A stretch of DNA of 63,137 nt, filler included, from Blastocystis sp. subtype 4 (Eukaryota): NCBI RefSeq assembly GCF_000743755.1. It is 3 parts of 3 records of this genome, joined end to end, with 100 filler letters (N's around TTAATTAATTAA, not from the genome) between each part and the next. Parts side by side here need not be neighbours in the genome. Positions count along the whole stretch, not along the records: positions 24,061 to 47,939 come from NW_014569379.1; positions 48,040 to 63,137 come from NW_014569292.1; 1 more part is not named here. The stretch is one strand, 5' to 3'. This document shows positions 37,812 to 50,929 of this stretch, piece by piece; positions within the stretch are counted from its first letter, which is position 1, and each line of letters opens with the position of its first letter. The notes under the pieces were generated by a model. That model did not search any database, was not told the DNA's origin, and was given only the letters and a program-made list of their open reading frames with translations. The translations under genes and the position numbers were made by a program.

Positions 37812-38791
37812 TCAATCCTGCTTTCCAATTTCTTTTCCACGGCAGAAAGCAGCAAACACAGCACCCATAACACTTCCTCTAAAGCCTTTATCTTCGAGAT
37901 ATTCAACTCCAGTGATCGTAGTACCTCCAGGAGAACAAACCTGATCCTTCAATTCAGCTACAATTCAACCAAAGACCAAGCCAATACCTGGATGCTTATG
38001 AGTACTAATAACCATCTCAGCAGATCCACGGACCATATAAGCGGAGAGATTTAGGGCCAAATCCCGTGGTAATCCGGACTTTACACCACCATCAGCCAAA
38101 GCCTCGATCAGCATATAAATAAAGGCTGGACCACTTCCAGCAAGAGCAACAACAGCTATAAATCATCCTTGTCATCGATTTCAACCATCCATATAATACT
38201 CTGGAATCTGCAAGATCTCTCCGAGATTGCAAAACATTTCATTCATCAGAAAGTTGGTTTTCTCGTTGGTGTTGGGTCCAAGGGTGTAACAACAAATGCC
38301 CTTTAAGACACTACATGGAGTATTCGGTAGAAGACGGACAATTCCGCATCCTGTAGGATGGATCTACCAATAAAATCTCTTCTTCAATCATGCCTTATCG
38401 CTAATCTGCTTAATAGTGATTCCACATGCAATAGAAATAAATAGCTTCTCAGGAGTAAAAGATTCAGCACTACTCATTGGCTCATCAAGAAGAGTAAGCA
38501 GAATGTCAGGCTACAAGAATATTCCATTCGCAATAACTACCTTAACGGCAAGAATAATAATATCACAAGAGTCAACAAGGCTGGGAATAGTGTTGTCTAC
38601 AATAATCCCAACCGACTTAAAATAGGTCACTCTCGCTTCACTAATATCAAAAACATGAACGCGATCATTGGTAAAGGTTTTGGTTTTCAAGAATCCTGAG
38701 ATCATTGCTACACCGTCAAAACATCCCTCATAGACAAACAGGTGGCCATTACACCTCCTCCAATAAAACCAATAGTGAGATTATCGAGCAT
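37812..38791 (-). CDS. proC: Pyrroline-5-carboxylate reductase (spliced)
   Basis: [46 protein letters not shown] and VCSPGGTTI. Confidence 0.92.
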
Positions 38792-38879
38792 CTAAGAAAA
38801 GAATGACTTCGTTTACTATCAACAAAGAACTCACAGGAAGATAAAGGAATTTGCGATTAAACTAGACTGAAGGAAAGGA

Positions 38880-39580
38880 TTAGTTCTTATTCTTCTTATC
38901 GGTTTTACTCTTGTCACGACGCGACAGAAGGGAATAGGCATAAGAACCGTACAAAGCAGACATCCACTCCTGCCAATAATCGTCGAATGTCCGGTAATCA
39001 CGATTAGGAAGATTCAGTCCAGACAACCACATATTCCAGAATGCTACAAGTAAGATATCAACCTAAACCTCCTACTTCCTTGGATGAAAGAAGTGAATTG
39101 TCTTTGATAAGCTGCAATGTAACGCCCCTGAAGGAATGAAAGAGGCGTTAGCACGAACAGGGAAATGAGATAACTCTGTGGGAGATCCTTCACGACCTTG
39201 GTTTTGATGTTCCTGATATTACCATCTCTCCAGAACATAACGGATCCAAAGGTAATAGACTGAGTGATAGGGAAGAGAAGATTCAGAACAAGCACACGAC
39301 GGAGAACATCATTGAAACGACTCGTAGGAAAGAGACGGGCGGCGGCAGTGTTAGCAAAGTGGTTGCCCAGACCAGAAAAAGTGAATCCAGCAGTAAAGAA
39401 AGCGAATGCACGACGAGCTTCCCTACAAGTGATCCTCAAGACCATCCCATACAGCTTCTCTCTCTTAAGGGCAATCTTCTGACAAAGAAGATCTCCAAAA
39501 CCCATGTACAAACCCACAGTCATGCAGGTCTTGGCAACGGGTCTCAGACGAGTTAAGGTTTGATTCAAGGCTAGCGACAT
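38880..39580 (-). CDS. Mpv17/PMP22 family membrane protein (spliced)
   Basis: GFGDLLCQ, R-AFAF..AGF, hydrophobic segments and C-terminal FWNMWLS. Confidence 0.75.
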
Positions 39581-39856
39581 TTAAACTACAACTCCAAATG
39601 GAGTAATAGATACAATTCTAAAAAGAATGTGGGAAAAGGAGAAACGGCGTTACATCACAAGACGGGAGTTTCATCATGTTCTCCAGTTCTGGATTACCAG
39701 TGTGAAGAATCCCTTCCGTATTGTCCTTTTTGTGAATGGATATTTTACGGACTTCTTAGCAAACAACTTCAAAGATCCAAATTCTTTGTATTTGCCATTT
39801 GTGTTCGGATGAAACGCCCATTTCATCACAACACAGGTGTCAACAATAGGTAATTC

Positions 39857-41862
39857 ATGTCGAAGCCGTCCTTTATCAATGGAAATACGTTGGATCTGAG
39901 TGTTATTCGAACTGTCTTGAAAGATGATCTTGTGTCACTCCTCACGAAGGTAGTATTCTGTTCTTGCACTTGAATTATCAGATAAATGGACCAAAGTGTG
40001 TTGTTCTTGATATGTCCTTGAGCAAGTGTATCAACTTGGCACTTGAAGGAGCTTCTATTTTCAAGGTATACTTGTGGAAGCAGATCTAGTGACTCATAGG
40101 AGAATAATGTGACAACTCTCCTCAAGTTGTCTTCAGATCCTATCCAAACTGATGCACAATCGATTATCTATATTAGTCGGTCTGAAATGAATACGATTCA
40201 GATGGTTGCCGAATCCATTCGACAGTTACGAGATAGGGATGTAATCTTGTGTTGGTTGAGTTACAGATAGAGCTTGCATTCGTATTATTTATTTGTTGTC
40301 CCGAGAGTCACAGAAATGGTCAACCAGTACCTTCGGGATGTTAAGCTCTATGATTTTGTTAATATCCACGCATTACAAATGGATCTGGTGCCAATTGATA
40401 ACGATTTGCTGAGTATGGAGTTGGCAGGTTCCTTTGTCGACCTCTTTGTAAATGACTCGAAGAGTACTCTAAAGACAGTGGCAAATGCTCTGCTCAAGCT
40501 GGAGATCTTGTATGGTCCGTTTCCCTCGATTCAAGCTATTGGCCAAAATGCTCAAAGTATTACTTCACTAATGAAATCCATGTCTAATGAATCTCTTTCT
40601 GTCGAGATTGATGTAGTTTGTGAGTTATAGAGTATTCCCCCACAATTCAGCCGCTGCTTCATTCTAGATCGTGCTGTTGATCTTTGCAGTATTTTCGTTA
40701 CTCCACTTACCTATGAAGCATTGATTAATGAAGTAAGTCATGGCTTACGAGTTCATTGTAGTGTATGTCGATGGAATGTGGTCAAATCGTGGTTGAAGGA
40801 GATAAGATTGGAAGAAAGGATAATTCTCCAGTTTCTGTTCAGTTGAATAGCAATGACCAACTCTTCGCTGAGATTGCTGATTACAACATCAGTATGGTTC
40901 CTCGTTATTTGAAGGAAAAGTCGCATGAGATTCAATGTATGTGTTATTGACAATCTCCATTCTAGCTCTCTATAATAGTCGGCCTCGTGATAGTACTTGT
41001 TCCATTAGCGATCTGTCTCAGTTCGTACGGAAGGTGGGAACGATCCAAGATTTATATGAGAGTATGCAAATTCATCTCACAGTGGCAAATATCGTCACAT
41101 CGGTCACGAATTCCAAGAGTTTTGGAGATCGTTGGCAATGTGAACGAGAACTGCTGGAAGGAGACAATATACTGGATTCAATTCGAGATATGTTGTATCA
41201 GGAGGTAGGAGAGGGGAAAGATTCCAATCTAGTGCACATTAGTCGATTTCCTTCATTATTTGGTAATGTATTCCATCATCAACAATGGAATTAAACCGAA
41301 AGATTATGATACTGTTCGAAGAGAGTTTCTCCTGGTAATGATCAAATCTAAGGATGATATGTAGACATATGGATATCAGTATGTTCCCTTGTTGGTTAAA
41401 CTGGAACATGCAGGACTACTTCGAAAACGAGAATCGTCAAGTAATTACTCCACAATCCGGACTCGCATGCGTTTGATCCGAAATGATATTGACGGAAGTC
41501 AGCAATCTGATTTAAAGTGAGATATGAAATAATGAATAAGAAGTAGTTATGTTACATCGGGATTTGCTCCTTTATCTTCAAGGATCATCCAGGCTATGAC
41601 ATTAGGAACGTCACCAATGGATGAAGTTGCAAAGGTCGTTGGATTTGATTATTCTGAAGTACCTCAGCCAATTTGTCAAACTGCACAGAAGAATCTAATT
41701 TTGGTTGTATTCGTCGGTGGATTGACGTACATGGAAATTGCAGCAATCCGTTTAATCGAGAAACAGAATCCTGATATTGAGTTTGTATTTATGACTACAA
41801 ATATGGTCAATAGCAGTACTATATTAAAGAGTATCGTTGACGATGTTATTCCGAAGAAATAA
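39857..41862 (+). CDS. VPS33: Vps33 (Sec1/Munc18 family, spliced)
   Basis: YLFVVPR, LVPIDNDLLSME, LDRAVD...TPLTYEALINE, LNSNDQLFAEIAD and LVVFVGGLTYMEIAAIR. Confidence 0.9.
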
Positions 41863-41942
41863 GATCTGTAGTCGTGTTTGTTGAAAATCCCGTGGGAATT
41901 GTGAATGGTAACATCCATTTCATTTCACAAATCTAAAGCATC

Positions 41943-43198
41943 ATGTCCGATTCAGAACATAGTACATCTAGTTCCGAGAAAGAGATAGAATCGGAAGAGA
42001 GAGAGATGGATGGTAGGGATCCAATGGGTAGCGTGATTGTGTAGTAGAAGAGCCTTTAGATGGTATAATCTTATAATTCTAGTACATTGTAGATGCTATA
42101 TCCGATGAAAAGAGTAACGATAGTTCTGTTTGACAGATTTCTTTGCTTTTATCTGTAGGAAGAGAGAGAGGAAGAAGAAGTGTCAGAGGAAGAATCGTCA
42201 AATAGTGACGATGAGAAGGCAGTTGATATTGTATGGTAATGTGGGATTGAAGTAATTATCAGGCTGAAGAAGATGACGATGATGAGAATAAGGATGTGTA
42301 TGCCGAGATGAAAAAGAAGTTCCAGGCAGAGAAGGCAAAGAAGAAAGAGTACTCAGAAGCTAAGACAAAGGAATTAGAGGAGATGAAGAAACGTAAGGAG
42401 CTCAACGAGAAGAAGCATGAAGAGACACTGAAGATTTTGAACAGTTTGGATCTCAAGAAATGTGTTTTGATTCGTGGTGTATCGTTTGACACAAAAGAAG
42501 AAACATTCCGTCCTTTATTTGAAGCATTTGGACCTATTTCGCAAATATTCCTGGTTCGCAATCCCAATGGCAAGATCGCGGGCTTTGGGTAAGTTCTCGT
42601 TATTATGTAAACATTTAGAGCCATCGAATTTGAAACCGAAGAAGGCCGCAACAATGCAATGGCTCAAGGAACTGTGGCTTACCTTGATCGTACCATCGTC
42701 ATTTCGGAATTAGAGAGTGTTGGTTTCCTGGACCGATTTGCAGTACGTCGGGAGAAGAAGATTCGCCGTCATCGTGAAGCAAAAGAGAAGAAGAATGAGT
42801 TAAAGCATAAGCTTTATGTAGAGAAGAAGCGAGCAAAGATGCAACGACATCGTGAGCATATGGCCGCGAAGAGAGCTGCAGAGAAGGCTGCTGCAAAAGG
42901 GAAGGAAGGAGAAGAAGAGGGAAATGGAGAAGATGAAGTAAGAGGAGGTGGTAGGGGCGGAAGAGGAGGAATGAGAGGCGGAAGAGGTGGAATGAGAGGA
43001 AGAGGAGGACATGGTGAAGGGAGAGGAAGAGGAGGAATGAGAGGAAGGGGTGGTATGAGGGGACATGGTAACAGAGGAGAGGGTATGGAAAGAGGAAGAG
43101 GCGGAAGAGGCGGAAGAGGAGAAAGAGGTCGGGGAGGAAAAGATAGAAATAATACTTCCACATATTCTGTTTTCAATAAACACTTCATGAATCACTAG
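41943..43198 (+). CDS. Nucleolar-type RRM protein with acidic N-terminus and RGG tail (spliced; may end at 43163 via poly(A))
   Basis: E/D-rich start, RRM (VLIRGVSF...GKIAGFG) and RGG repeats at about 42940-43140. Confidence 0.7.
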
Positions 43199-46100
43199 AA
43201 TCAATTACATCAATTAATTCACAATCATTATCAGATTCAACAATCGGTTTCCGCTTCCTTCGAGGTATATAAAGCTGGTTCTCTGTGAGTTCCTCGATGT
43301 CATCATCACTCTCTGAAGATTCATTCGCCAGATCTACTAAATCCGAAATTACTCTAACTCGTTTTGATCTGTCATCTTCTGATGGTTCTAAGTGCAATCG
43401 CTTCCTGTTGTTCTGTGTAGAATTGGTTTCAGAAGCTGGTGTTACTGGAGTCTGGACTTTTGGAAACACAGGATGAGGTGAAATGGATTGAGATACAGGT
43501 ACCAATGTGATGGTTCCGTGTTGCAGCTGAAGGTTATATCCAGGAGGTACTTGGGACAATACTTTGGATTGTTGCGGGGATTTAAATGAATATAAAGGTT
43601 GTGTCTGAGGATGTACTTCCGCCAGTGATGGGGACAACCGATCCTCTGTTTGTTGTTGCTGAGAATTCTCTGGATCCTTCTGAGATGATGACTGTCGCTT
43701 CATTTGCTTCATCCGATCTGCTGAATCCAATTCCCACTGCTGGCGAGCACGCATCATCTCCACCATCTTTCGATATGTCTCAGGTGATGTGATTGAAGAG
43801 GGTGTTTCTCGAGATACAGTATTTGAAGGATCTCTTCTATTTCTCACTCATCATCTTCAAGCTCTACGAAGTTCTCATCGTTTCAGATACTCCTAATTGC
43901 ACCACTTGATTCCCAAAGTATAATCCACCCCCAAGATTTAAATTCTTCTTCGGATCTATTATTCGTCTACCATTCTCTTGAAGAGAAGGATCATCTACAT
44001 ATCCAATAAACTCAGGAGGTTCATTATCAAATGGGTCTGGTTGAAGTAGTTCTTTCAGATTCATTCTTTGAATGTGCTGTCTGATTGTATCACGCAGAAT
44101 CTGATTCACTTGATCACTCTTCAATCGGAACAACTGTGTGTGTTCACTGATACCATCAATATCAAGTGTTTGAAGAAATTGCATATGAGAAGGATCATCA
44201 GGAAGATCAATTTGTAACTGAAGTTCCTTTCATTTCAATCAAAATGACAATAATACGGCAATATTTCGTCGCATAGATGAAGTTCGAGGATCATCCAAAG
44301 TGAACAATTCATGAAGTTCACTCTTGTTGAAATGCTTGGCCGTACGTTTGTTATCCATCACCATTTTGTTCACACATTCTTTCCATACTTGGCGTGCATA
44401 CATCTTCTCTTCAATTCCCCCACAGGTCACACACCGATATACAATCACATTCTTTGTCTGACCTATTCGATATCTAAATATGAGTTCTGAATCATTCCAT
44501 ACGCTCGATCAATAGCCTGATCATCCACTGTCGGATTCCAGTTTGGATCGGTTATAATGATTCGATCAGCGGCAGTGATTGTTATGCCCTCTCCTCCAGC
44601 ACCAACTGTAATCAGCATTACATTCTGCTCTCCTGCACTGAATGCATTCAAGGCATCCTCACGTTGTTGGGATGATAAGGATCCGTTGTAATGCAACGTA
44701 CTGATGTTCTTCCTCCAGAGACATTCATCGATAATACAGAGCATCTTCAATTGGCGACAGAAGATCAACACACGATGTCCTTCCTTCACCAGGGTCTCTG
44801 TAAGAGGAATGATTACACTTAACTTATTTCCATAAGCATACAGAGTATTCTCAGGAAGTGTATGTAACAGGGCTCGTAGTTTGTAGATAGAAATGGCTTT
44901 CCTCTTTGACTTCTTCAGCTTCTTTGTAGATTGATGTGCCCCCAAGTTCTGTGTTGATTCACTCGGAGTTACTCCTGTTCGTTCAGCTTGAGTTCCATCA
45001 GTATCATTCTTTTCTTCCGGAAATTCCTCCTCAGTCTCCAGATCTGAATCTCCATCTCCAAAGATCTCGTCAAAAGCAAGAGGTTTATCAAGCAGATCCT
45101 CATCAGCAATACACTCGCTCACACGCTTTTTCACTGTATTGTTGACAATCCGTCGTTCCCGTGAGGTCAGAAGCATCACATGATTGGCTCTGGAACTCAA
45201 TGATAGAACTAACTCTCACATCTTCTGTAACGTAACTAATGAAGCTAATGCATGTTGTGATGTCCTCAGAACACTCTTCACTCCATCTGAATTCAGGAAG
45301 CATTCATACACAGCCACTTGACGTGTGTTCATTCGACTATAAATTCGCTCTCCTCAGAAAACCTACCACCATAGGACAATCTCCGTTTTCTTGCTGATCT
45401 GAGGTACCTTTTCATCCTTCAATATAATGTCCTTTTCACGACGCAGAGAAACACTGTAGATCATTGTATTCAGTTTCTGCGCCATTTCTTCACCAAAGAG
45501 ACGGGTTTTCTCATCAGCATTTCGATCTTGGCCATCTTCGATAGGTTGCTTGAAATACTTCACAAATTCCTTTCTTCCTCCCAGTAGTTTGTGTTCACAC
45601 AACCAATCCATGATATTCCACATTTCAACTAGATTGTTCTGGAGGGGTGTTCCAGAAAGTACTATTCGATGGTGGGCACGTAATGACTGGGAACATTTGG
45701 ACATCTCCGATTGTTCATTCTTGATCTTGTGACCTTCATCCAAAATAATGTAATCCCACTTTCCTTCTGTTCGATCTATCAAATCCGAAGTCTCGGACCA
45801 AACAGTGGAGAAGAACTCAAGGTGACGTTTCATTGTTCCATAGGTTGTGATAACAATCGAAAAATCTTCTCGAATCTTATCACGCATTCTATCTATCTCC
45901 AGTTTTGTTAGACCATGAAAACGGACAGAAGAGAGTTCTATGCATCATATCCTGAACATAATCCTACCTGACCAATTACACAATGTGCTCTCCCAGACTG
46001 CCATCACACTATTGGGGCAGATGACCAAACATGAATGCAGCTCTCCACGATTATATAGGCACTGAAGAAACACACAGATTTGCACCGTTTTACCCAGACC

Positions 46101-46281
46101 CATATCATCGGCTAAAAGAGCACCCCCATATGGATTGTGATGCATTTTCCACAACCACTGAATCCCTTCATGTTGATGAGGATATCTAGAAAATGATGGT
46201 GCATAAATATCAAAGATACAGTCGATCTTTCACATTCTCGGGTATTTCAATGTCTTCAGTCTCCTGATCTTCACATTCCAT
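43185..46281 (-). CDS. SNF2-family helicase, ERCC6L/PICH-like (spliced; start approximate)
   Basis: LADDMGLGKTVQI, ILDEGHKIKN, LSGTPLQNNL, GEGITITAADR, DPNWNP..DDQAIDRAY and IEEKMYARQV. Confidence 0.85.
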
Positions 46282-47939
46282 TGATCTTGCATTGGTTTCA
46301 ACAGAATCACAATCTATTTTTCAAACGACAAAAATCACTTCAACCATCTTTTCCTCCCTTTATTGGTTGCATTGTGTGACACAACCAACCAAAACTGAAT
46401 AAAACAAACTTCTAAATCAATGTGTCAAAAACAAACATGCATAAAACTACCTTACCTAAATTCTGTTAGAAATGCACCAACAACAGCACAACAAAGTGGT
46501 CAGTGATCAATGCATCCTGGCTTAATGTGCATTGACATGTGGTCTTTCCGTAGAATCATAGTCGATCATACGGGGAAAGAATTATAATCCTCCCACACAC
46601 CTTCACGCTACTCACCTGTAATCTACATATCGTAAGACTCCATATCAATGCAACACAACAACTGCACACGATAACTGATCTTTCACTGTTTACGCATCAT
46701 TAAACACATATACAAAAACTATCTTCATACATGTAGTACGAGATGCAATCAATCATCACACCACTTACCTTCCACTACTTCGAGGACAATCTCAAGAGAC
46801 TCTATAAACGATTAGTGTCTTTGTCAACCTCAATGACTCCATAACAAGTATGAAAATCGAAAGGCAAACAAACGGGAGTGTTGGGCCCGCTTCGAAAAGT
46901 CAATTTGGGCAACGGGAACGAGTTTTCATGGATCAGTCCTTGAAAACTAACTAAAGTTGCCATTCAACAACAAGCTCAGACAAATGCCTCGAATGAAATC
47001 ATGAGAATGGATTCATACTCGTCATCTTTACTCTTCATAGCCCACTCAGACACACCAACTTACCTTCAATAGTCTCAAGAACCAGAACTCTAATGTTCTC
47101 TACACCATGTGAGACACCCACCCAGTCTTCAAGCAAGTAACACTAGAAAACAACAAGAGCACCAGTTTATTTTGTCGCTGGTTAGTTCCTTCGCCACATC
47201 AACCGCAGGAAGGATACCTTTAAAACGACAAATCCAATCTCATGCACTGCTTACGATCTACAAACGATTAGAATGTTTCCACTATGGTTTGTCCTCAATA
47301 TCCATGTTGCATAGCAACTCATCCGGAATAGGAATATAGTAGCAGGGCAGGAGCAAGCTTACGCAAGCTCAACTGTCCATCAATCTAGGATCTGCTTGCT
47401 GCCTGGGACTTCACCAAACGGTAGTCAGACTACCTTCCATGGCGTGCAAGAGCGGGAGTCACATCGTCACCGCCGGATCCAATCAACAAGATGACAATCA
47501 GAAAAGACAATCGTCAAGAATCATTACGATAGGGGCGACAAAACTTCATCACTTGTCAAAACTCATCAGACATAAACTTACAATGTCCATTCTAACAATC
47601 ACTATCAAGACATAACTTCTCTAGCTTTTGCTAAAGAATATTATGGCAAGAAAACAACCACTAAATGACTCATGCAATCGTTGAGAATAAAATTTGTGAA
47701 TACAGGAGTGAAGACGATTCGTGCAATGATATGAATAAACGAAATGGGGACATTTCTGGTTAGATGGATAATCCTTTCCATTTTGAAGAATGCAATAATC
47801 TTAACAAATATGTACATATAATACTGCGACTCCCATAATCCGCATTGCCTCCTAAGGAATATCTTTTGAAATCCAACAATGAGTTCACGAAAAGCGGATT
47901 TTGGAATGCAGGGATTGATTTCCATCATCAATGATATTC

Positions 47940-48039
47940 NNNNNNNNNNNNNNNNNNNNNNNNNNNNNNNNNNNNNNNNNNNNTTAATTAATTAANNNNN
48001 NNNNNNNNNNNNNNNNNNNNNNNNNNNNNNNNNNNNNNN
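47940..48039. other. Assembly gap with artificial TTAATTAATTAA linker
   Basis: Same structure as the first gap. Confidence 0.97.
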
Positions 48040-48363
48040 CTTGGACAGGAGACGGAACACTTCAGCAGCTTGGTTCTTGTCCAAGGTGTTCTTGAACTGA
48101 TTCACAGTGGGAGGAACCTTCAGACGCTCACTCAGCACTTTACGTTGTCTCTGGAGAACAATGTAGCGAGGCCACTTGAGGAAGCGGGACAGATCGGACT
48201 TGTGCTACCAATTACTTTCTGTTAACAAACTATCCTACCATAATATCACCACCAATCTTGAAGGACTTGGGAGTGGGAGCAAAGATGGGATTCGCAACAG
48301 GAGCAGCTTTCTTAGCAGGAGCCTACGCCAATTAGCATTTCCTATCCAATTTCATCATACCAT
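48040..48363 (-). CDS. RPL7A: 60S ribosomal protein L7a (eL8), 5' part, truncated by gap
   Basis: [15 protein letters not shown]...[25 protein letters not shown] and [11 protein letters not shown]. Confidence 0.93.
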
Positions 48364-48541
48364 TGTTTTCGATTCGATCGTCAATGAATTCTGAATTGAG
48401 AAAATGGATGGTGTGAAGATGGGGTAAGAAGTGAAGAATAAACGTAATTCAAGAATGCTTTTTGGATTTGAATCGTTTCAATCCCCCTAGATGAAATATC
48501 ATTCTCTTTCTCATCAAGGACACTGGAATTATTGAAATTCT

Positions 48542-49076
48542 ATGAATAGCCTTTCAGTAGACGTTAAGTTCCTCCTTTTAAGATGTAGAACCAAGATCGA
48601 GTCATTGCTGAGAAGCTAAGAGGAAAGAGTAGGGATGGAAGAATCCTGTTACTGACAGATTTCTTGAATGCAGAACCACTGTCCAATGCTGAAGTTATGC
48701 TTCTTCTGGAAGAACGAACTCGAGAACTATCAAAAGTTCATGCAACTGTTCCTCAGTAGTGGAGAATTCGAAATTTATAACTTTAGGATGATTCGAGATA
48801 CCCTTCGTGATTGTACTGCGGCCGTGAATGCAGGTCCAGAATTACCATCAAATAGTGTTAAATCAAAGAAAGAGTAGGTGAGTTGAGAGAGAGTTCACCT
48901 CTAGTAAGTTGATGAGCTTCATTTTTGAAGGAGAGAGTGGACCTCTAAAGTTGGACGCGGCAGAGGTTTGTCAGATTATGAATTTGCATCCTGATACAGA
49001 AGAGGATCTGATCTCATACCTTCCAACTCTGAAACGATTTAGTGAATATCACTTATCATTGTTTATCGAAGAATAG
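48542..49076 (+). CDS. RPB4: RNA polymerase II subunit RPB4 (spliced)
   Basis: KLRGK|NFLNAEPLSNAEVMLLLE and LDAAEVCQIMNLHPDTEEDLISYLPTL. A Pol III C17 assignment is less likely but not excluded. Confidence 0.72.
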
Positions 49077-49270
49077 GATCTTTTGTACCATGATTGTTTT
49101 TGTTGATACTCATGTGTTGCTAATGATTACTAACTACAGCATCAGGATTCTATCATTGTTTTCATGCCAAATTGTGCAAACAATCCATGATTCAAAGAAA
49201 TCACGGGAATACTGTGTTTTGCAATAACACAGCATTCCACTGTTTTCGTTAATCAGAGCAGATTATTCCC

Positions 49271-50919
49271 ATGAGTGACAGTCTACTAATTGCTTCTGCT
49301 GCCAAGAATAGCGTAAATTAATCCCTTGTTTTGAATACTAGGTGTGTATAAATGGATGGAGTAGTCTTTGTCTTGAGGCTATTGACAATAATTGGTGGGG
49401 AAAGGTTATTGAGGTTATTCTTTACTTATACAGTATCATTTGTTTACAAATCGTATATCTTGATTTCGCCTTTAATGTAGCTTGGACGCGATTTCCTAGT
49501 TCCCAGTCTGGAAGTTCTATGTATCAAACTCAAGATGAAGGAAGATGCAGCTGGTGCTACATTCATTGCATTCGGTTCATCTGCTGCGGCATTATTGATC
49601 ACGTTTATCACTGTACTTCATGGATCTGACTACATTGATCTTGGTGTTGGTTCGATTATTGGGTATTTCTATTCTGTTCGATTAACATAAGGTCTTCTAT
49701 GTTCGGATCTCTTTTAATTCCAGGAATCTGTGCTCTAGTATCCAAGAAACCCATCGCTCTGCCAAAGAGCGTAGTTCTGCGTGATGTTATTATTTATGCT
49801 ATTGCTCTTGGTCTACTTGTGGTGTTCCTGAGTGATAAGGTCTTCTATCCTCTTGAATGTATCTTTTTACTGATTCTTTTCGTTGCCTACCTCGTTCTTG
49901 TATTCTTATCGCCTTTGGTGAAGAAGAACTTCCGAACTAGCAAAGATGTAGGGATATCTTATCTCATTCACTTCAGATCACGAATCCTAACATCACAACC
50001 ACATTCATCACATCAGAGACGATTGATTCAGATGAAGATATGTCTTACGGTTTGATCGCAAGAATGACATCATGTTTAGCTCCTATTGATCAGCTACAAG
50101 AAGCTGCCGATGCTGAGATGGCCGTTGAAGAAACTTTCAATCCTGTTGATTCATCCAATGCAGCCAACCGAACAGGTCTGAAGAGTTCATTAAGCAGTAA
50201 GAATGAACATAAATATGTGAAGTAGATGGCTGGAGAACCTTCTGTGGTTGGTGTGATTCAATCTTGAAGAATCCTTGCAGATGGCTTTTCCATCATTCCA
50301 TTCCTCAGTGTACTTCTGGTAGATTCATGAACTGATAATCATTCACAGGAACTCAATTCGAGTATCTCTTCCCTATCACTCTGTTGGAATCTCTCCTCTT
50401 CATCTTTGTGATCACATTCATTACTTCAGCCGTTTGTCAACGTTGGGTTGTATTTGCTGAACGCAGTGGTTTCATATCCATCTTTCCATTCACTAAGAAA
50501 TCCTTCATTCATACTCTCCTAGAATTGGAACACTGATTGGTATGTTCTTTGTTGCTGGAGTTCTTTGTGTCCCTAATGGGCAATATGCCTTGGAGATGAC
50601 ACGCAAGGGGCATGGAGCTACTGCCATCAACAATACATTCTCTTCTCAAATTCTCAATATTTGTGTAGGTTTGGGTCTACCTCTGATGATTGATGGTTTC
50701 CGTAGTGGAGAGGGCGTAACGATTCCTGACCACCAGGTTGTGGCTCAGACTGCGATTATGCTGGCAGTAGGTTCACTTGCCTTTATTGGAATGACTCTGG
50801 TCCCTGCCTTAATTAAGAAAGCCAAGAATTGTGAATTGTCAACTCTCTGTGGTCAGATTCTTGCTGGATTAACAGTGTTGCTGATGATCTTCTGTATTGT
50901 GATATCCATGAGATCTTAA
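49271..50919 (+). CDS. Ca2+/cation antiporter, NCKX-like (spliced)
   Basis: FLVPSLEVL, DAAGATFIAFGSS, LGVGSIIGSS, LRDVIIY and RKGHG...NICVGLGLP. Confidence 0.82.
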
Positions 50920-50929
50920 TTGTTACGTG

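Noticed and set aside
39627..39853. Short plus-strand ORFs (61 and 74 aa, one with CPFC)
   Set aside because: They have no homology cues, no introns and no 3' motif, and they occupy a bidirectional promoter region.
42699..43204. Three overlapping minus-strand ORFs rich in Pro/Ser/Leu
   Set aside because: They are antisense readings of the low-complexity RGG-coding region.
47400..47415. Minus-strand GAAGTCCCAGG resembling the RNase MRP CR-I motif
   Set aside because: I found no complementary CR-V/P4 partner at a plausible distance.
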